This document shows positions 19,830 to 30,616 of a stretch of 64,000 nucleotides of DNA, piece after piece. Source of the stretch: Candidatus Obscuribacterales bacterium (GTDB taxonomy: Bacteria > Cyanobacteriota > Vampirovibrionia > Obscuribacterales > Obscuribacteraceae); NCBI GenBank assembly GCA_019750335.1, contig JAIEOQ010000012.1, forward strand, positions 13,211 through 77,210, given 5' to 3'. A program made the position numbers and the translations under genes. Under the pieces are notes generated by a model, which saw only the letters and a list, made by a program, of their open reading frames with translations, was not told the DNA's origin and made no database searches. The stretch's first letter is position 1. Each line of letters begins with the position of its first letter.

Positions 19830-20129
19830 CTAGCTGGCTTTCCACTTGGAGCCCATTGACTGACCAATGCGGAAACCTTGGATCAAATTTGTCCGTGAAA
19901 GTTGATACAGCTCATTTAAAGCGGCCATATCTTCAATGCCGTACTTGGCGGCGATAGCGTTAATTTGTTGCATGGCGATAGCCGAGAAATAGACGAGGAC
20001 CTCTTCTCTTACTTCGCCTCGTCCTTGATTCGGTAGACGTAATATATCTCTGCCGAAGTCGTTGGAAACGGCTTCTTTGATCTCTTGATCGAGAATTTCA
20101 TCAAAGAACGAATCTATTTTTCTGCCCAT
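19830..20129 (-). CDS. hypothetical protein (99 aa)
   Basis: This ORF is the last gene of the minus-strand amidase-murI-udg string. I recognise no motif. Confidence 0.4.
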   Translation of the reverse strand: MGRKIDSFFDEILDQEIKEAVSNDFGRDILRLPNQGRGEVREEVLVYFSAIAMQQINAIAAKYGIEDMAALNELYQLSRTNLIQGFRIGQSMGSKWKAS

Positions 20130-20155
20130 GATCTACCGGTTTTCTGAGATTTTGT

Positions 20156-20806
20156 TTAAGCAAGTTCGTCCAATGCGCGACGAATCTCTTTGATGTCCTG
20201 CCACATAAGCCATTTTGGGCTTCCTGCTGCTCGTGAGTCGTTTCTAAGCAAGTAGGATGGGTGGAAGACCGGCATTACTTTAGCACCGCTTTGATGATCA
20301 AACCACTTTCCACGCAATTTACTAATCGGATCCTTTACTTTCATTACTGCATGCACCGCTGTACTGCCAGCAAGGACAATCAATTGTGGCTTTATGAAAT
20401 TGATCTGAGCATCAAGAAAAGGACGGCAAGCTTCCATCTCTTGTGGCGAAGGTACTCGATTGCCCGGTGGGCGGCATTTGACTATATTGCAGATATAAGT
20501 GTCTTTTTGACGATCGATATTGACCGAGGAAAGAATCTTATCTAAAAGCTGACCGGCTTTACCGACAAAAGGCACACCGGTCATATCTTCTTGTTGTCCG
20601 GGTCCTTCGCCGATAATCATTAGCTTGGCTTCAGGGTTGCCGTCGGAGAATACAACATTGTTTCGTGCCGAACAAAGTCCGCAACGCTGGCAGGTAGAAG
20701 CAATTTCGGCTGCTTGAGCTAATGTGGTGAAGGACGTATCGAGTTTAGTTGGCGTTACTTCTTCGTTTCTCTGGTTGTCCAGAAAAGAAAGCTGTTTCTG
20801 CGGCAT
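20156..20806 (-). CDS. uracil-DNA glycosylase, family 4
   Basis: It contains GEGPGQQEDMTGVPFVGKAGQLL and HPS, plus Fe-S cysteines (CQRCGLC, CRPP) typical of family 4 UDG. Confidence 0.85.
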   Translation of the reverse strand: MPQKQLSFLDNQRNEEVTPTKLDTSFTTLAQAAEIASTCQRCGLCSARNNVVFSDGNPEAKLMIIGEGPGQQEDMTGVPFVGKAGQLLDKILSSVNIDRQKDTYICNIVKCRPPGNRVPSPQEMEACRPFLDAQINFIKPQLIVLAGSTAVHAVMKVKDPISKLRGKWFDHQSGAKVMPVFHPSYLLRNDSRAAGSPKWLMWQDIKEIRRALDELA

Positions 20807-20827
20807 AAATAATCGTTCTCCACCGCC

Positions 20828-21724
20828 TCAAACAAGAATATTCAAAGTGCCGGTTGATGATTGTAGGGCATTCTCGGCTGTTTGCAGCTCAGTTAAGGAT
20901 ACATGCTGAACTGTGTTTTTCAAAAAACCGGAGGGTAGATTCAAGCAACGTTCGGCTGCTAGAGCGAAGCTCTCCGGATTCCCCGTGCAATAAAAGAGGC
21001 TCTGCTCATAAATCGATAAAAGGTGAGAATTGTCTGTTGGCGAATCGTTTGTTTTGCCAAAAATTTCTTGGCTCAAGTGCTGTGCCGGATCGATAAAAGC
21101 GACGTTCTTGTTCATCGAAGAGCGAAAAACATTTTCTAAAAAAGGAAAGTGAGTGCAGCCGAATATAAGCGCTTCAACGCCGGCTGCGTTAAGGCTACGA
21201 GCATATTTGTCGACAGCTTGCTCTACTTCTGCCCCGGACAGATGACCGGCTTCTATTAAAGGAACAAGGTCCGGGCAAGAAATTTCCAGTACTTCAGCTT
21301 CGGCTTTCAACTTGTTTATCGCTTGTGAGAAGGCCCGACTTTTGCAGGTGGTGCTGGTGGCAATTACGCCTATTTTTTTGTAATTAGCGGCAGCATAGCT
21401 GGCAGTAGCGCTGATTAGATCGTGAACCGGCAAAGTTGTCGATTTGCGGGCGGCGGCACCGGAAACAGCTGCCGACGTATTGCAAGCCATCACTACTCGC
21501 TCGGCTTTTGCCACCCCGAGCCATTTGGTAATTTGTCGGACATAGCTTGTAATTTCTTCGCTGCTTTTATCACCATAGGGGCAACGTGCCGTATCGCCAA
21601 GATAGATGAAACGTACTTCTGATTCCAAACTGGCGCAGGTAGCGGCTAAAGCGCGAAGAATCGACAGACCGCCAACACCTGAATCGAATAATCCGATCTT
21701 CTTTTCTGTTTTTTTGGTCTTCAT
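20828..21724 (-). CDS. murI: glutamate racemase
   Basis: It contains GLFDSGVGGLSIL, the MACNTSAA catalytic Cys block and GCTHFPF. Confidence 0.9.
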   Translation of the reverse strand: MKTKKTEKKIGLFDSGVGGLSILRALAATCASLESEVRFIYLGDTARCPYGDKSSEEITSYVRQITKWLGVAKAERVVMACNTSAAVSGAAARKSTTLPVHDLISATASYAAANYKKIGVIATSTTCKSRAFSQAINKLKAEAEVLEISCPDLVPLIEAGHLSGAEVEQAVDKYARSLNAAGVEALIFGCTHFPFLENVFRSSMNKNVAFIDPAQHLSQEIFGKTNDSPTDNSHLLSIYEQSLFYCTGNPESFALAAERCLNLPSGFLKNTVQHVSLTELQTAENALQSSTGTLNILV

Positions 21725-21735
21725 GGTCGTCGTAT

Positions 21736-24393
21736 TTAGTAGATGTTTCTCAGCCAGGCAAAGCGTTTTTTCGGTTTTTTTGAAATGCTTGGCGCTGTCG
21801 GAATTTGGCTTGGCGGTGGGGTAATGATTTTAGTTGGCGGTGGAGCGGTCCAGATTAGGCTGGTGCTTTTTACCGATTTGATGCTTTGCATTTCCGGTTT
21901 GTAGGAAGAAGCTGGAACTTCGTTCCCCGGAATGGCTGCTTGTACCGGCTTAACTGCCAGATAGAGCATAACACCTTGTCCGATAGCTTCGGCAATTCTC
22001 TCTTGATAATCAGACGAGATTAACTTATTTCGTTCATCTTTATTTGAGATAAAACCTACCTCAGCAAGTACTGCCGGGATCGGTGTGTGATTGACCACAT
22101 AAAAACGAGCTTTACGTACCGAACGATTTGGTACCCCCAGTTCGCTGACTAAAGATTGATGTATTTTGTCGGCCAAAGGGCGACTTTGCTCGGTTTGATA
22201 ATAAGTTTCGATGCCTTGAATTGCTGAATTGGTTTCCAATGAATTGATATGTACACTGACGAAAGCATCCGGTGCGCTGCTGTTTGTTATGCGTACCCGT
22301 TCTTCCAGCGAAATGAAAGTATCGTCGTTTCTGGTCATGATTGTTTTCATGCCGCGCGATTGCAAATATCTTTCTAGCTTTTTCGTAATCGCCAATGTGA
22401 GTTCTTTCTCTTGAACTGAGCCTCTTTGCGCTCCCGGATCAGAGCCGCCGTGACCGGCATCGAGAACGACAACTTTGCCTGCCGCCGTTGTAGTATTAGG
22501 ACGCGGTAAAGCCGCTGTGCCAAAAGTAAGATGTAACCAGCCATTGCTGCGATCAAAGCTTTCATTGATACTCAATTTGTTTTGAGCTAAATCCAAAACA
22601 ACTCTGGTTATATTGCCTTCTGCTTCCGGCTTACCGATTCGTACGGAACTTAAGCGCGAGCTGGTTTCTAGATCCGTCTGCTCAATATCCCATTCGGTCG
22701 GACCGTTGTTAACATCAATTACGTATCGCGGCGGATCTTCAAGACGAAAGGCACGATAAGTTGAATAGTTGGGGTTAAAACGGACGATTACTTCTTGAGG
22801 TTCTTTGCCGATGATGCTGACAAAAGGTTCTTTATTGTGTAATCCGCCAAGCAAACCTGGTTCGTTGCCGTTGCTTGGTCCCATCAGCTGACCGGCTGCC
22901 AAAAGAGCTCCCGGTGCGCTTTGTCCTACGGGCAATGGGGTTAAGTTCGGTAAGTTAGCCAGCCCGCTTGTGCCGTTATTATTGATTGGCAGTTGAGCAG
23001 GAATTGTTGGGGCTTGGGGCGGCATATTCTGCGCGATTCCGGTTGGCGCGTTAGGGGTGGTGGACTTGCCGCGGGGCCAAGTGCCGGCGGCAATTAAGCC
23101 GGCTCCAGTGCCGAGTGCCGCTGCGCCGAGTATCGGTCCGAGCGACGATGATTGTTTGCCCGGGTTATTAGCCACGTAGTAAATATTGTTGTTGCCGGAG
23201 CTTGTTGGTGGATTATTTGACGGATAAATTTGACCGCCTGAAACTACGGCAGGAGCGCTAAATACCGGTGTTGTAACAGGCGCTGCGCTTGGTGGCGGTG
23301 CCGCTGCGCTAGAGACTGGTGGTGCTGCCGGTGGTGTGCTGTTGCCGGATGGTAACGAGACAAGTTTGTTTGTTCCCGCTACTGTGGACCGACCAAGAAA
23401 CGCCGCGGTAGCCCCAGCTGCTACAAATGGTATGCCTAGAGCGGCAAGCCAGGGTGAACTGCCGCCGCCGGTGCTACCGGAGGCGCTTTGTGGCTGATAT
23501 TGCGGCCGGTACTGAGGCGGTGGCGGCGGGTAATTCGGCATCATCTGCGGTGCAGTGAGCGTACCCCCGGATCTGGCGATATTTGGGCCCGGCACCGGGG
23601 CTTGACCGATCACATAAGGCTGCCCGTTATAACCGCCGACAAGCGGATGTTGTTGGGGAAAGTTATGAGGAGCAGCAAAAGGAGTTTGATTATTTGCCAT
23701 TGGCGGTGGTGCCTGCACCGGTAATTTGCCGCCGTATGTTCGCGGCTTAGGTGCAAGTCCGTGAGCTACGGCTGGCGCTGTTTGCACCAAGGGAAACTGG
23801 CGTCCCTGCGTATCCCAAAAAAGCCCACCGCCGGTGTTTATTGCAGGACTGTTGGTTTTGGTATAAGCGATACTTGATGAGCTTCCGGCTGACAAATATT
23901 CGTCTTTTTGCGCGGACAAAGGGATTAAAGTGCCGTTTTTAGTCGCTGCCGGCGGAAAGCGCAGATAAAGGCTCCCGCCTTGTGTTTCAACTGAAATCTT
24001 TTTGAGTATGGCCGGATTAAAAGCGGTGATTGAAATACGGAAGATGATCGGGTCACATTGAAACTGACCGATTCGGATAGATTCGATTTCGCTATTGGGA
24101 GGATGTATCAGTTGCGATGGCTTGTCCCAGACAATTCCGGGAAAATCCATAGTCATGATTGTCTGACCCTGAGGACCAGGAAAATATTGAGTAATCGGCG
24201 ACAAAATAAATTGTTGTGTGTTCAGACGCAATGAGTTGTTGCTGACTTCTGGGCTGCTTGACACGACACGCAAGCCGGATTTAGTCAGACATTTTGTGCA
24301 TTTGCTACTTTGTGCATCCGCTGCATATTGAAAAGATAGCAAGGGGTTAGCGATCAGGATTGCAACGGCTATCCATCTCGTACCTACCCACAT
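21736..24393 (-). CDS. N-acetylmuramoyl-L-alanine amidase (Amidase_3) with two AMIN-like domains and a long low-complexity linker
   Basis: The C-terminus carries VVVLDAGHGGSDPG...FVSVHINS...AEVGFISN (AmiC-type). There is a signal peptide. AMIN-like beta domains lie near residues 55-150 and 520-620. About 370 aa of Pro/Gly/Ala-rich sequence separates them. Confidence 0.8.
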   Translation of the reverse strand: MWVGTRWIAVAILIANPLLSFQYAADAQSSKCTKCLTKSGLRVVSSSPEVSNNSLRLNTQQFILSPITQYFPGPQGQTIMTMDFPGIVWDKPSQLIHPPNSEIESIRIGQFQCDPIIFRISITAFNPAILKKISVETQGGSLYLRFPPAATKNGTLIPLSAQKDEYLSAGSSSSIAYTKTNSPAINTGGGLFWDTQGRQFPLVQTAPAVAHGLAPKPRTYGGKLPVQAPPPMANNQTPFAAPHNFPQQHPLVGGYNGQPYVIGQAPVPGPNIARSGGTLTAPQMMPNYPPPPPQYRPQYQPQSASGSTGGGSSPWLAALGIPFVAAGATAAFLGRSTVAGTNKLVSLPSGNSTPPAAPPVSSAAAPPPSAAPVTTPVFSAPAVVSGGQIYPSNNPPTSSGNNNIYYVANNPGKQSSSLGPILGAAALGTGAGLIAAGTWPRGKSTTPNAPTGIAQNMPPQAPTIPAQLPINNNGTSGLANLPNLTPLPVGQSAPGALLAAGQLMGPSNGNEPGLLGGLHNKEPFVSIIGKEPQEVIVRFNPNYSTYRAFRLEDPPRYVIDVNNGPTEWDIEQTDLETSSRLSSVRIGKPEAEGNITRVVLDLAQNKLSINESFDRSNGWLHLTFGTAALPRPNTTTAAGKVVVLDAGHGGSDPGAQRGSVQEKELTLAITKKLERYLQSRGMKTIMTRNDDTFISLEERVRITNSSAPDAFVSVHINSLETNSAIQGIETYYQTEQSRPLADKIHQSLVSELGVPNRSVRKARFYVVNHTPIPAVLAEVGFISNKDERNKLISSDYQERIAEAIGQGVMLYLAVKPVQAAIPGNEVPASSYKPEMQSIKSVKSTSLIWTAPPPTKIITPPPSQIPTAPSISKKPKKRFAWLRNIY

Positions 24394-24722
24394 GAGACCA
24401 CCTTAACTTTCTAGTTCGACTCATTTTAACACAGACTGGTAGCAGTTCTTGAGATGTCGAGAGATTTCTTGGCTGTCTGGCTGCCACCACTGGCGAAGCT
24501 AGTTAAAAAATGTTCGGGGCAACAATTTTTTAGATCTGTTACCCTTCTATCGCTTTCATCAATAGTAGTCAGTGAGACTTTTGATGCGCCGAGGATGTTC
24601 CCTCAGGATGCTTACTAGATTTGCTCACTTGATGAGATCTGAAAGCCTGAATGTCCGTTGGACATTTTGAAGTGAGAGGCTGAGTTGGGTCCAATTTTGA
24701 TTTGGCGGAGGAACTTGCGGCA

Positions 24723-26816
24723 ATGACAGGCCAGGGAGTTGTAGACGGAGCGCTCCAATATGCACCGATTGCTTGTGCGATTGGTGCAATTTTGTACGGA
24801 GCAATCGCAGGATATTGGGTTGTAAAGCTTCCCGCGGGCAACGAACGTATGCAAGAAATTGCAGCGGCGATCCAAGAAGGCGCTAATGCATATATGAAGC
24901 GTCAATATACGTCGGTTGCTGTTGTCGGCGTTGTTCTTTTCGGAATTATTTGGGCGGCTCTTGGCATGATTACGGCTTTAGGTTTTGCCGTTGGTGCCGT
25001 ATTTAGCGCCCTTGCCGGATTTATCGGGATGTATGTTTCAGTGAGAGCTAACGTCAGAACAGCGGAAGCTGCTCGCGGCGGACTTGCTAAAGCTCTTGAT
25101 GTCGCCTTCAAAGGTGGTTCGGTTACCGGTTTGCTGGTAGTCGGTCTCGGTCTTTTAGGCGTCGCTGGATTTTATGCCATATTCAATGATGTAAATGCAC
25201 TGATCGGATTGGGATTCGGCGCCAGCTTAATTTCAGTCTTCGCCCGTCTGGGCGGCGGTATTTATACCAAAGCTGCTGACGTCGGTGCTGACCTTGTCGG
25301 TAAAGTTGAAGCTGGAATTCCGGAAGATGATCCGCGTAACCCGGCTGTTATTGCTGATAACGTCGGCGATAACGTAGGTGATTGTGCCGGTATGGCTGCC
25401 GACTTGTTCGAAACTTATGCTGTAACAGCAGTTGCCACTATGTTGCTTGCCAACATCGTATTTGCCGAGCAAATTGCCGGCGGCAACAATGCCATTCTGC
25501 TATATCCTTTGATGCTCGGCGGCGTATCGATTATCGCTTCGATTATCGGTACTTTCTTTGTGCGCTTGGGCAACAACGACACTCAAATTATGGGTGCTCT
25601 TTATAAAGGTTTGATCGTAGCTGGAGTTCTGGCTGCCGGTGCCTTCTATTGGGTAACCGAACAGTTCATGGGCGGTTTGCCGATTTCAACTATGAATTGC
25701 TGGCTTGCCTCTTTGGTCGGTTTAGTTGTTACTGCGGCAATCGTTTGGATTACCGAGTACTACACCTCGACTGCTTTTGCGCCTGTTAAATACATCGCTA
25801 AAGCGTCGGAAACCGGGCATGCAACCAACATCATCGCCGGTCTGGCTGTCTCGATGAAATCAACAGCTTGGCCTGTGATTGTAATCATTGCCGGTATTCT
25901 TGTTTCGTTCGCTCTAGCTGGCATCTTCGGTGTTGCCCTTGCTGCTATGTCCATGCTCAGTATGGCTGGCATCATTGTCGCTATCGACTCTTACGGGCCG
26001 ATTACCGATAACGCCGGCGGTATCGCTGAAATGTCCGAGTTGCCGAAAGAAGTTCGCGCGGTTACCGATCCGCTTGATGCCGTAGGCAATACCACTAAAG
26101 CAGTGACCAAAGGCTACGCTATTTGCTCTGCAGGACTTGCTGCCATCGTGCTTTTCAGTTCATATACTCAAGAGCTGCTTAATCACGCTAAACTCCATAA
26201 CCTGGATACTACTAACCTGACCTTCCAGTTGGACAATCCTTATGTCCTTGCTGGGCTCTTCTTGGGCGGTTTGATTCCGTACTTGTTTGCTGCCTTCGCC
26301 ATGGAAGCTGTCGGCGCTGCCGGCGGTATGGTGGTTGAAGAAGTTCGCCGCCAGTTCAAGGCTATTCCGGGAATTATGGAAGGCACAGCTAAGCCTGATT
26401 ACGGCGCTTGCGTCGATATCGTAACCAAAGCTGCTATTGCTAAAATGGTTGTTCCGGCTCTTTTGCCGGTAATGACACCAATCGTAATTGCCGCCCTTGG
26501 CTATTTCTGGTTGAATGCGGCTGCCCCCGGTCAATTCGCTGCGGCGAAGATTCTCGGTGGCGTGCTTGTCGGTTCGATCATCACCGGTATCTTCGTTGCT
26601 ATCTCCATGACTTCAGGTGGTGGTGCTTGGGATAACGCCAAGAAATACATCGAAGAAGGCCATCATGGTGGTAAGGGTTCTGAAGCCCATAAAGCAGCCG
26701 TCACTGGTGATACCGTCGGCGATCCTTATAAGGATACTGCCGGTCCGGCGATCAACCCGATGATCAAGATTCTGAACATCGTGGCACTGCTTTTGGTGGC
26801 ATACTTAATTCAGTAA
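24723..26816 (+). CDS. hppA: membrane-bound H+/Na+-translocating pyrophosphatase
   Basis: The protein is polytopic and contains [29 protein letters not shown] and [12 protein letters not shown] prefer the ATG at 24723, which lies 10 nt after GGAGGA (24707-24712), over the TTG at 24702. Confidence 0.9.
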   Translation: MTGQGVVDGALQYAPIACAIGAILYGAIAGYWVVKLPAGNERMQEIAAAIQEGANAYMKRQYTSVAVVGVVLFGIIWAALGMITALGFAVGAVFSALAGFIGMYVSVRANVRTAEAARGGLAKALDVAFKGGSVTGLLVVGLGLLGVAGFYAIFNDVNALIGLGFGASLISVFARLGGGIYTKAADVGADLVGKVEAGIPEDDPRNPAVIADNVGDNVGDCAGMAADLFETYAVTAVATMLLANIVFAEQIAGGNNAILLYPLMLGGVSIIASIIGTFFVRLGNNDTQIMGALYKGLIVAGVLAAGAFYWVTEQFMGGLPISTMNCWLASLVGLVVTAAIVWITEYYTSTAFAPVKYIAKASETGHATNIIAGLAVSMKSTAWPVIVIIAGILVSFALAGIFGVALAAMSMLSMAGIIVAIDSYGPITDNAGGIAEMSELPKEVRAVTDPLDAVGNTTKAVTKGYAICSAGLAAIVLFSSYTQELLNHAKLHNLDTTNLTFQLDNPYVLAGLFLGGLIPYLFAAFAMEAVGAAGGMVVEEVRRQFKAIPGIMEGTAKPDYGACVDIVTKAAIAKMVVPALLPVMTPIVIAALGYFWLNAAAPGQFAAAKILGGVLVGSIITGIFVAISMTSGGGAWDNAKKYIEEGHHGGKGSEAHKAAVTGDTVGDPYKDTAGPAINPMIKILNIVALLLVAYLIQ

Positions 26817-26826
26817 TCGGTAAGCC

Positions 26827-27237
26827 ATGCAAATTCGTGCCGGCAACAGGCAAGATGAAACGGCAATTCGAGCTTTAGTCTCGGAAAGTCTTGATCTTGA
26901 AGGTAAGGATCGCGATCTGCGAAATATCGAAAGCAGTTATTTCTGGTTTGACGGTCTTTGTCTGGTTGCCGAAAAGGATGGCGAAATCATAGGATTCGTA
27001 GCCGCCAGGCCGCGTGAACAAGAAGAGATTCTTGAGCTCTCGCGCCTGGCGGTTGCTCCTTCTTATATGGAGCAAGGCGTTGCCGCTAAGCTTGTTGATC
27101 GAGTCAATTTTTTTGCCGGCAATATGGATTACGAAAAAATTGTCGCAGCTAGGTCTTTAGCTGTTGAACGTCCCCTACTTTTGAAGTTAGGATTCACGGA
27201 TAATTTGGAATTGCCCGTAAAGAAGAAGGACGGTTAG
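26827..27237 (+). CDS. GNAT-family N-acetyltransferase
   Basis: The 136-aa protein has the acetyl-CoA block LSRLAVAPSYMEQGVAAKLV. Confidence 0.7.
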   Translation: MQIRAGNRQDETAIRALVSESLDLEGKDRDLRNIESSYFWFDGLCLVAEKDGEIIGFVAARPREQEEILELSRLAVAPSYMEQGVAAKLVDRVNFFAGNMDYEKIVAARSLAVERPLLLKLGFTDNLELPVKKKDG

Positions 27238-27260
27238 CATTCTAACCGTCCTTCTTCTTT
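27219..27260. terminator. bidirectional intrinsic terminator between the convergent GNAT gene and ftsZ
   Basis: A perfect 19-bp stem (aaagaagaaggacggttag / ctaaccgtccttcttcttt) flanks a 4-nt loop (catt). The A-run and T-run are built into the stem ends, so it can terminate both strands. Confidence 0.6.
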
Positions 27261-27282
27261 TAGATTCGTTATTCTCGGCTGG

Positions 27283-28401
27283 TTATTTGCCTTGACGTGC
27301 GCGCAGAAATTCCGGAATATCCAGAATATCGCTTGCCAGCTTTTTCAGCTCGCCGCTTGTCGGCTTAGACTCAGCCGTTTGTGACTTTGGGGAAGCGGCC
27401 ACAGCCTTTGCCTTAGGCGGGTTGGCTTGGTGGGCCATGTCGAATCCGGTGGCGATTACAGTGATTAACACTTCGCCATGGAGTTTTTCGTCGATGACGG
27501 CACCAAAGATGATATTGGCTTCGTCTGAGACGCTTGAATAAACGACATTAGCTGCTTCTTGAACTTCATGCAGGGTGAGGTCTGGTCCGCCGGTGACGGT
27601 GAAGATAACACCGGAAGCACCGTCGATAGTCGACTCGAGCAAGGGGCTGTTGATAGCGTTGCGTGCTGCTTCCATGGCGCGACCTTCGCCTGTGGCTTTA
27701 CCGACGCCCATCAAGGCTGAGCCGGCTGTTTGCATAATTGCTTTGACATCGGCAAAGTCCACGTTGATTAAGCCGGGGACGGTAATGATGTCGGAGATCG
27801 CTTGTACACCTTGCATCAATACTTTGTCAGCTTCGACGAAAGCATCTTGCATAGAAGCTCTGTGGTCGACTACTTCAAGCAATCTTTGGTTCGGAATAAC
27901 AATTAGAGTATCGACTCGTTCTTTGATTTGTTCGATGCCTAATTCGGCTTGATTGCCACGGCGCTTTCCTTCAAAGAGAAAAGGCTTGGTGACGACGCCG
28001 ACAGTGAGAGCGCCCATATCTTTGGCAACTTCAGCGACGATTGGTGCAGCACCGGTACCGGTACCGCCGCCCATGCCGGCTGCGATGAAGACCATATCGG
28101 CGCCAGTTAAGGCGGCCGCTATCTCTTCACGGCTTTCTTCGGCTGCTTTTTCGCCGATGGACGGATTGCCGCCAGCGCCAAGACCGCGAGTCAGCTTGGT
28201 TCCGATTTGAATTCTGTTTTTGGCTGCGGCCAGTTCCAGGGCTTGAGCGTCCGTGTTGCAGGACCAAAACTCAATGCCGTTGAGACCGGCGGCGATCATT
28301 CGGTTGACCGCGTTGGAGCCAGCACCGCCAACACCCAGCACCTTAATGTTGGCTTTGTTCATGTCTTTTAATGACTTGTCGTTCTTTTCGCGCTCCGTCA
28401 C
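27283..28401 (-). CDS. ftsZ: cell division protein FtsZ
   Basis: It contains [13 protein letters not shown] and the [10 protein letters not shown] tubulin signature. The C-terminal peptide [10 protein letters not shown] matches the conserved FtsZ tail. Confidence 0.95.
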   Translation of the reverse strand: MTEREKNDKSLKDMNKANIKVLGVGGAGSNAVNRMIAAGLNGIEFWSCNTDAQALELAAAKNRIQIGTKLTRGLGAGGNPSIGEKAAEESREEIAAALTGADMVFIAAGMGGGTGTGAAPIVAEVAKDMGALTVGVVTKPFLFEGKRRGNQAELGIEQIKERVDTLIVIPNQRLLEVVDHRASMQDAFVEADKVLMQGVQAISDIITVPGLINVDFADVKAIMQTAGSALMGVGKATGEGRAMEAARNAINSPLLESTIDGASGVIFTVTGGPDLTLHEVQEAANVVYSSVSDEANIIFGAVIDEKLHGEVLITVIATGFDMAHQANPPKAKAVAASPKSQTAESKPTSGELKKLASDILDIPEFLRARQGK

Positions 28402-28683
28402 GGTTCAAAACCTCGTGGAAGTGGATGATAAGTAGTTTATGGCGGCTGAAGACAGCCATGATAACGCGAACTCAGCCGCGTCTTGAGTTCCAACAGCGAT
28501 ATCGTATGTCCTCTTGGAAGCATTTGCAAGGGCGTTAAGCTTTGAGGTTGTTAAGAATCGATTTCGGAATCACTTACCCCGGTGGGGTTTGCTCTCTCGA
28601 TCTCCCTCTTGACTGCCGTTTGCGGATGATCTTGAAAAGTGGCTGCTAGCAAAAATTAGAAATAGTAAATTTGTAACTACTTC

Positions 28684-29514
28684 TTATCGCTTGGGAGATC
28701 CCGGGCTTTTGTTGCGCAGTTTTTTCATCGTTGCCTTGAATTGAGCGTTGTCCGGTTCCAGGGCAAGAGCGTTTTCTTCCGATCTGATTGCTTGAGCGAA
28801 TTTGTCTTGGGCGGCAAGGACCCCGGCTAAATAATGGAAAGCACGAGCATGTTTGGGATCGAGGCTGACTGCTTTTTCCAAAGCCTTTTGTGCTTCCTCA
28901 GTTTTTCCCATTCCTATATATGCATAACCAAGTTGAAATTGAATTTCAGCGTCAGTAGGTGAAAGCTCGGCGGCCTTAAGCTCCTCGTTAAGCTGGGCTT
29001 GCAGGTCACCTTTAATCCCTAAAAGAATGCCTAGCTCTTTATGAGCCTGGCCGCTTGTTGGATCAAGTTTAATTGCTTGGCGAAACTCGCTTAAAGCTTC
29101 AGCGTCCTGTTCTTTCCAGGCTAAAACTTGGCCTAGACGTAAATGGTAGCCGGCGTTATTCGGCTCTTTTTTGCAAGCATCTTTCATGGCACTAATGGCG
29201 CCGTTTAGATTGCGTTGGCGCAAATAACAACGTGAAAGTTCGAAATCCGGTGTCCCGTCTGAGCCGGACAGATCTTTGGCAATCCGCAGCTCTTTAATTG
29301 CGGCCTCCAAGTCGCCTTTCATCAAATAAGCTTGGCCAAGCTTTAAGCGTGTTTCCGGATTTTTGCCGTTGACGCTTACAGCCGCCTGGTAGCGCAAAAT
29401 AGTATTCTGGATATCCTCTTTGCTGTTGTTTTTTGCCGGGGCGCCAAAGGCGTTTACCGGAATAAGTAGAAGAAGACATATAAAGGAAGCGATTGATTTA
29501 GTCATATCTTTCAT
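28684..29514 (-). CDS. secreted TPR-repeat protein
   Basis: It has a signal peptide (SFICLLLLIPVNAFGAP) followed by tandem TPR units. Confidence 0.7.
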   Translation of the reverse strand: MKDMTKSIASFICLLLLIPVNAFGAPAKNNSKEDIQNTILRYQAAVSVNGKNPETRLKLGQAYLMKGDLEAAIKELRIAKDLSGSDGTPDFELSRCYLRQRNLNGAISAMKDACKKEPNNAGYHLRLGQVLAWKEQDAEALSEFRQAIKLDPTSGQAHKELGILLGIKGDLQAQLNEELKAAELSPTDAEIQFQLGYAYIGMGKTEEAQKALEKAVSLDPKHARAFHYLAGVLAAQDKFAQAIRSEENALALEPDNAQFKATMKKLRNKSPGSPKR

Positions 29515-29524
29515 TCTTTAGTAG

Positions 29525-30475
29525 TTATTTTGACAGTGTATTTCTCAATGAGGCGATATCTTTGGCGTTGCCTTGTTCGATCATGCGTCTAAGCAAGCTT
29601 GCGGTTAAACTGTCTTTGGGGTTGATTTGAGCGGCTTTAGTGCAAGCCTCAATCGCTTCGCGCTTGTTGCCCATCTTCTCGTATATTTTAGCTAAGGCAA
29701 GATAAGCGTAATAGTTTCGCGGCGCAAGCTCAAGAGCATGTTTTTCTAGAACAATGGCTGACTTGTACTCTTTTTTAATAGCCAAACATTTGCCGATGCC
29801 GACAAAAGCCATGGAATGTTTGGGATCGAGCTCAATGACCCTTTTGTATTGAGCGGCGGCATCGTCAATCAATCCTTTTGTTTCGTAAGCTCCGCCGAGA
29901 TTGTAGAGCGCTTCGATATTTTTCGGATTGCTTTGGCTTATGTATTTGTATTGGACGATGGCGGCGTCAATATGACCTTCCTGTTGTAAGCAAAGGGCAA
30001 GATTTCCGCGAGCGGCATGATTCTCCGGCTGCAATTTCAATACTTGCAGATATTGAGCGCCGGCTTCATCCCAGCGACTGTCTTTCATGAGCAAAGTGCC
30101 GAGATCAAAGCGCGCTTCTGCCATATCCGGATTCATACGTAAGGCTTCAAACAGATGGAACATGGCGTCTTTATCGGCGTTTTGGCTGGTAAGACATGTT
30201 GCTAGCGCGACTTGAGCCTGAGGATGATTTGGATTGATGTTTGTGCACTGTTCAAAGCACATACGCGCCAGAGCAAAATTCTTTTGGCTTAAGTAGGCGT
30301 TACCGTTCTTGAATGCTTGGGCGAACTCAAGCTCCTTCTCTTTTGTCAATTTGCTAGCCGGCACCGCATCCGGTGCGTCGTCCTTCTTGGCGAAGCCAGG
30401 AAAAGCAAAAGCAATGCTTGTCGCTAAAAAACTAGCAAGAGCAAAAGTAAGGATCGCTGAGAGCAACTTGATCAT
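29525..30475 (-). CDS. secreted TPR-repeat protein
   Basis: It has a signal peptide (LTFALASFLATSIAFAFP) followed by tandem TPR units. Confidence 0.7.
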   Translation of the reverse strand: MIKLLSAILTFALASFLATSIAFAFPGFAKKDDAPDAVPASKLTKEKELEFAQAFKNGNAYLSQKNFALARMCFEQCTNINPNHPQAQVALATCLTSQNADKDAMFHLFEALRMNPDMAEARFDLGTLLMKDSRWDEAGAQYLQVLKLQPENHAARGNLALCLQQEGHIDAAIVQYKYISQSNPKNIEALYNLGGAYETKGLIDDAAAQYKRVIELDPKHSMAFVGIGKCLAIKKEYKSAIVLEKHALELAPRNYYAYLALAKIYEKMGNKREAIEACTKAAQINPKDSLTASLLRRMIEQGNAKDIASLRNTLSK

Positions 30476-30616
30476 TTGAGTCGAGCCTCAATATCACTTT
30501 ACAAGATGGAACCGCAAAGATAAGTCTACGATCTTATTGACATTAAAGTGATTAAGCGACTTTGATATAGTTTGTCTTATCAACTTTTTAAGCGTTAAGG
30601 ACTTGCCGAGGCTTTT

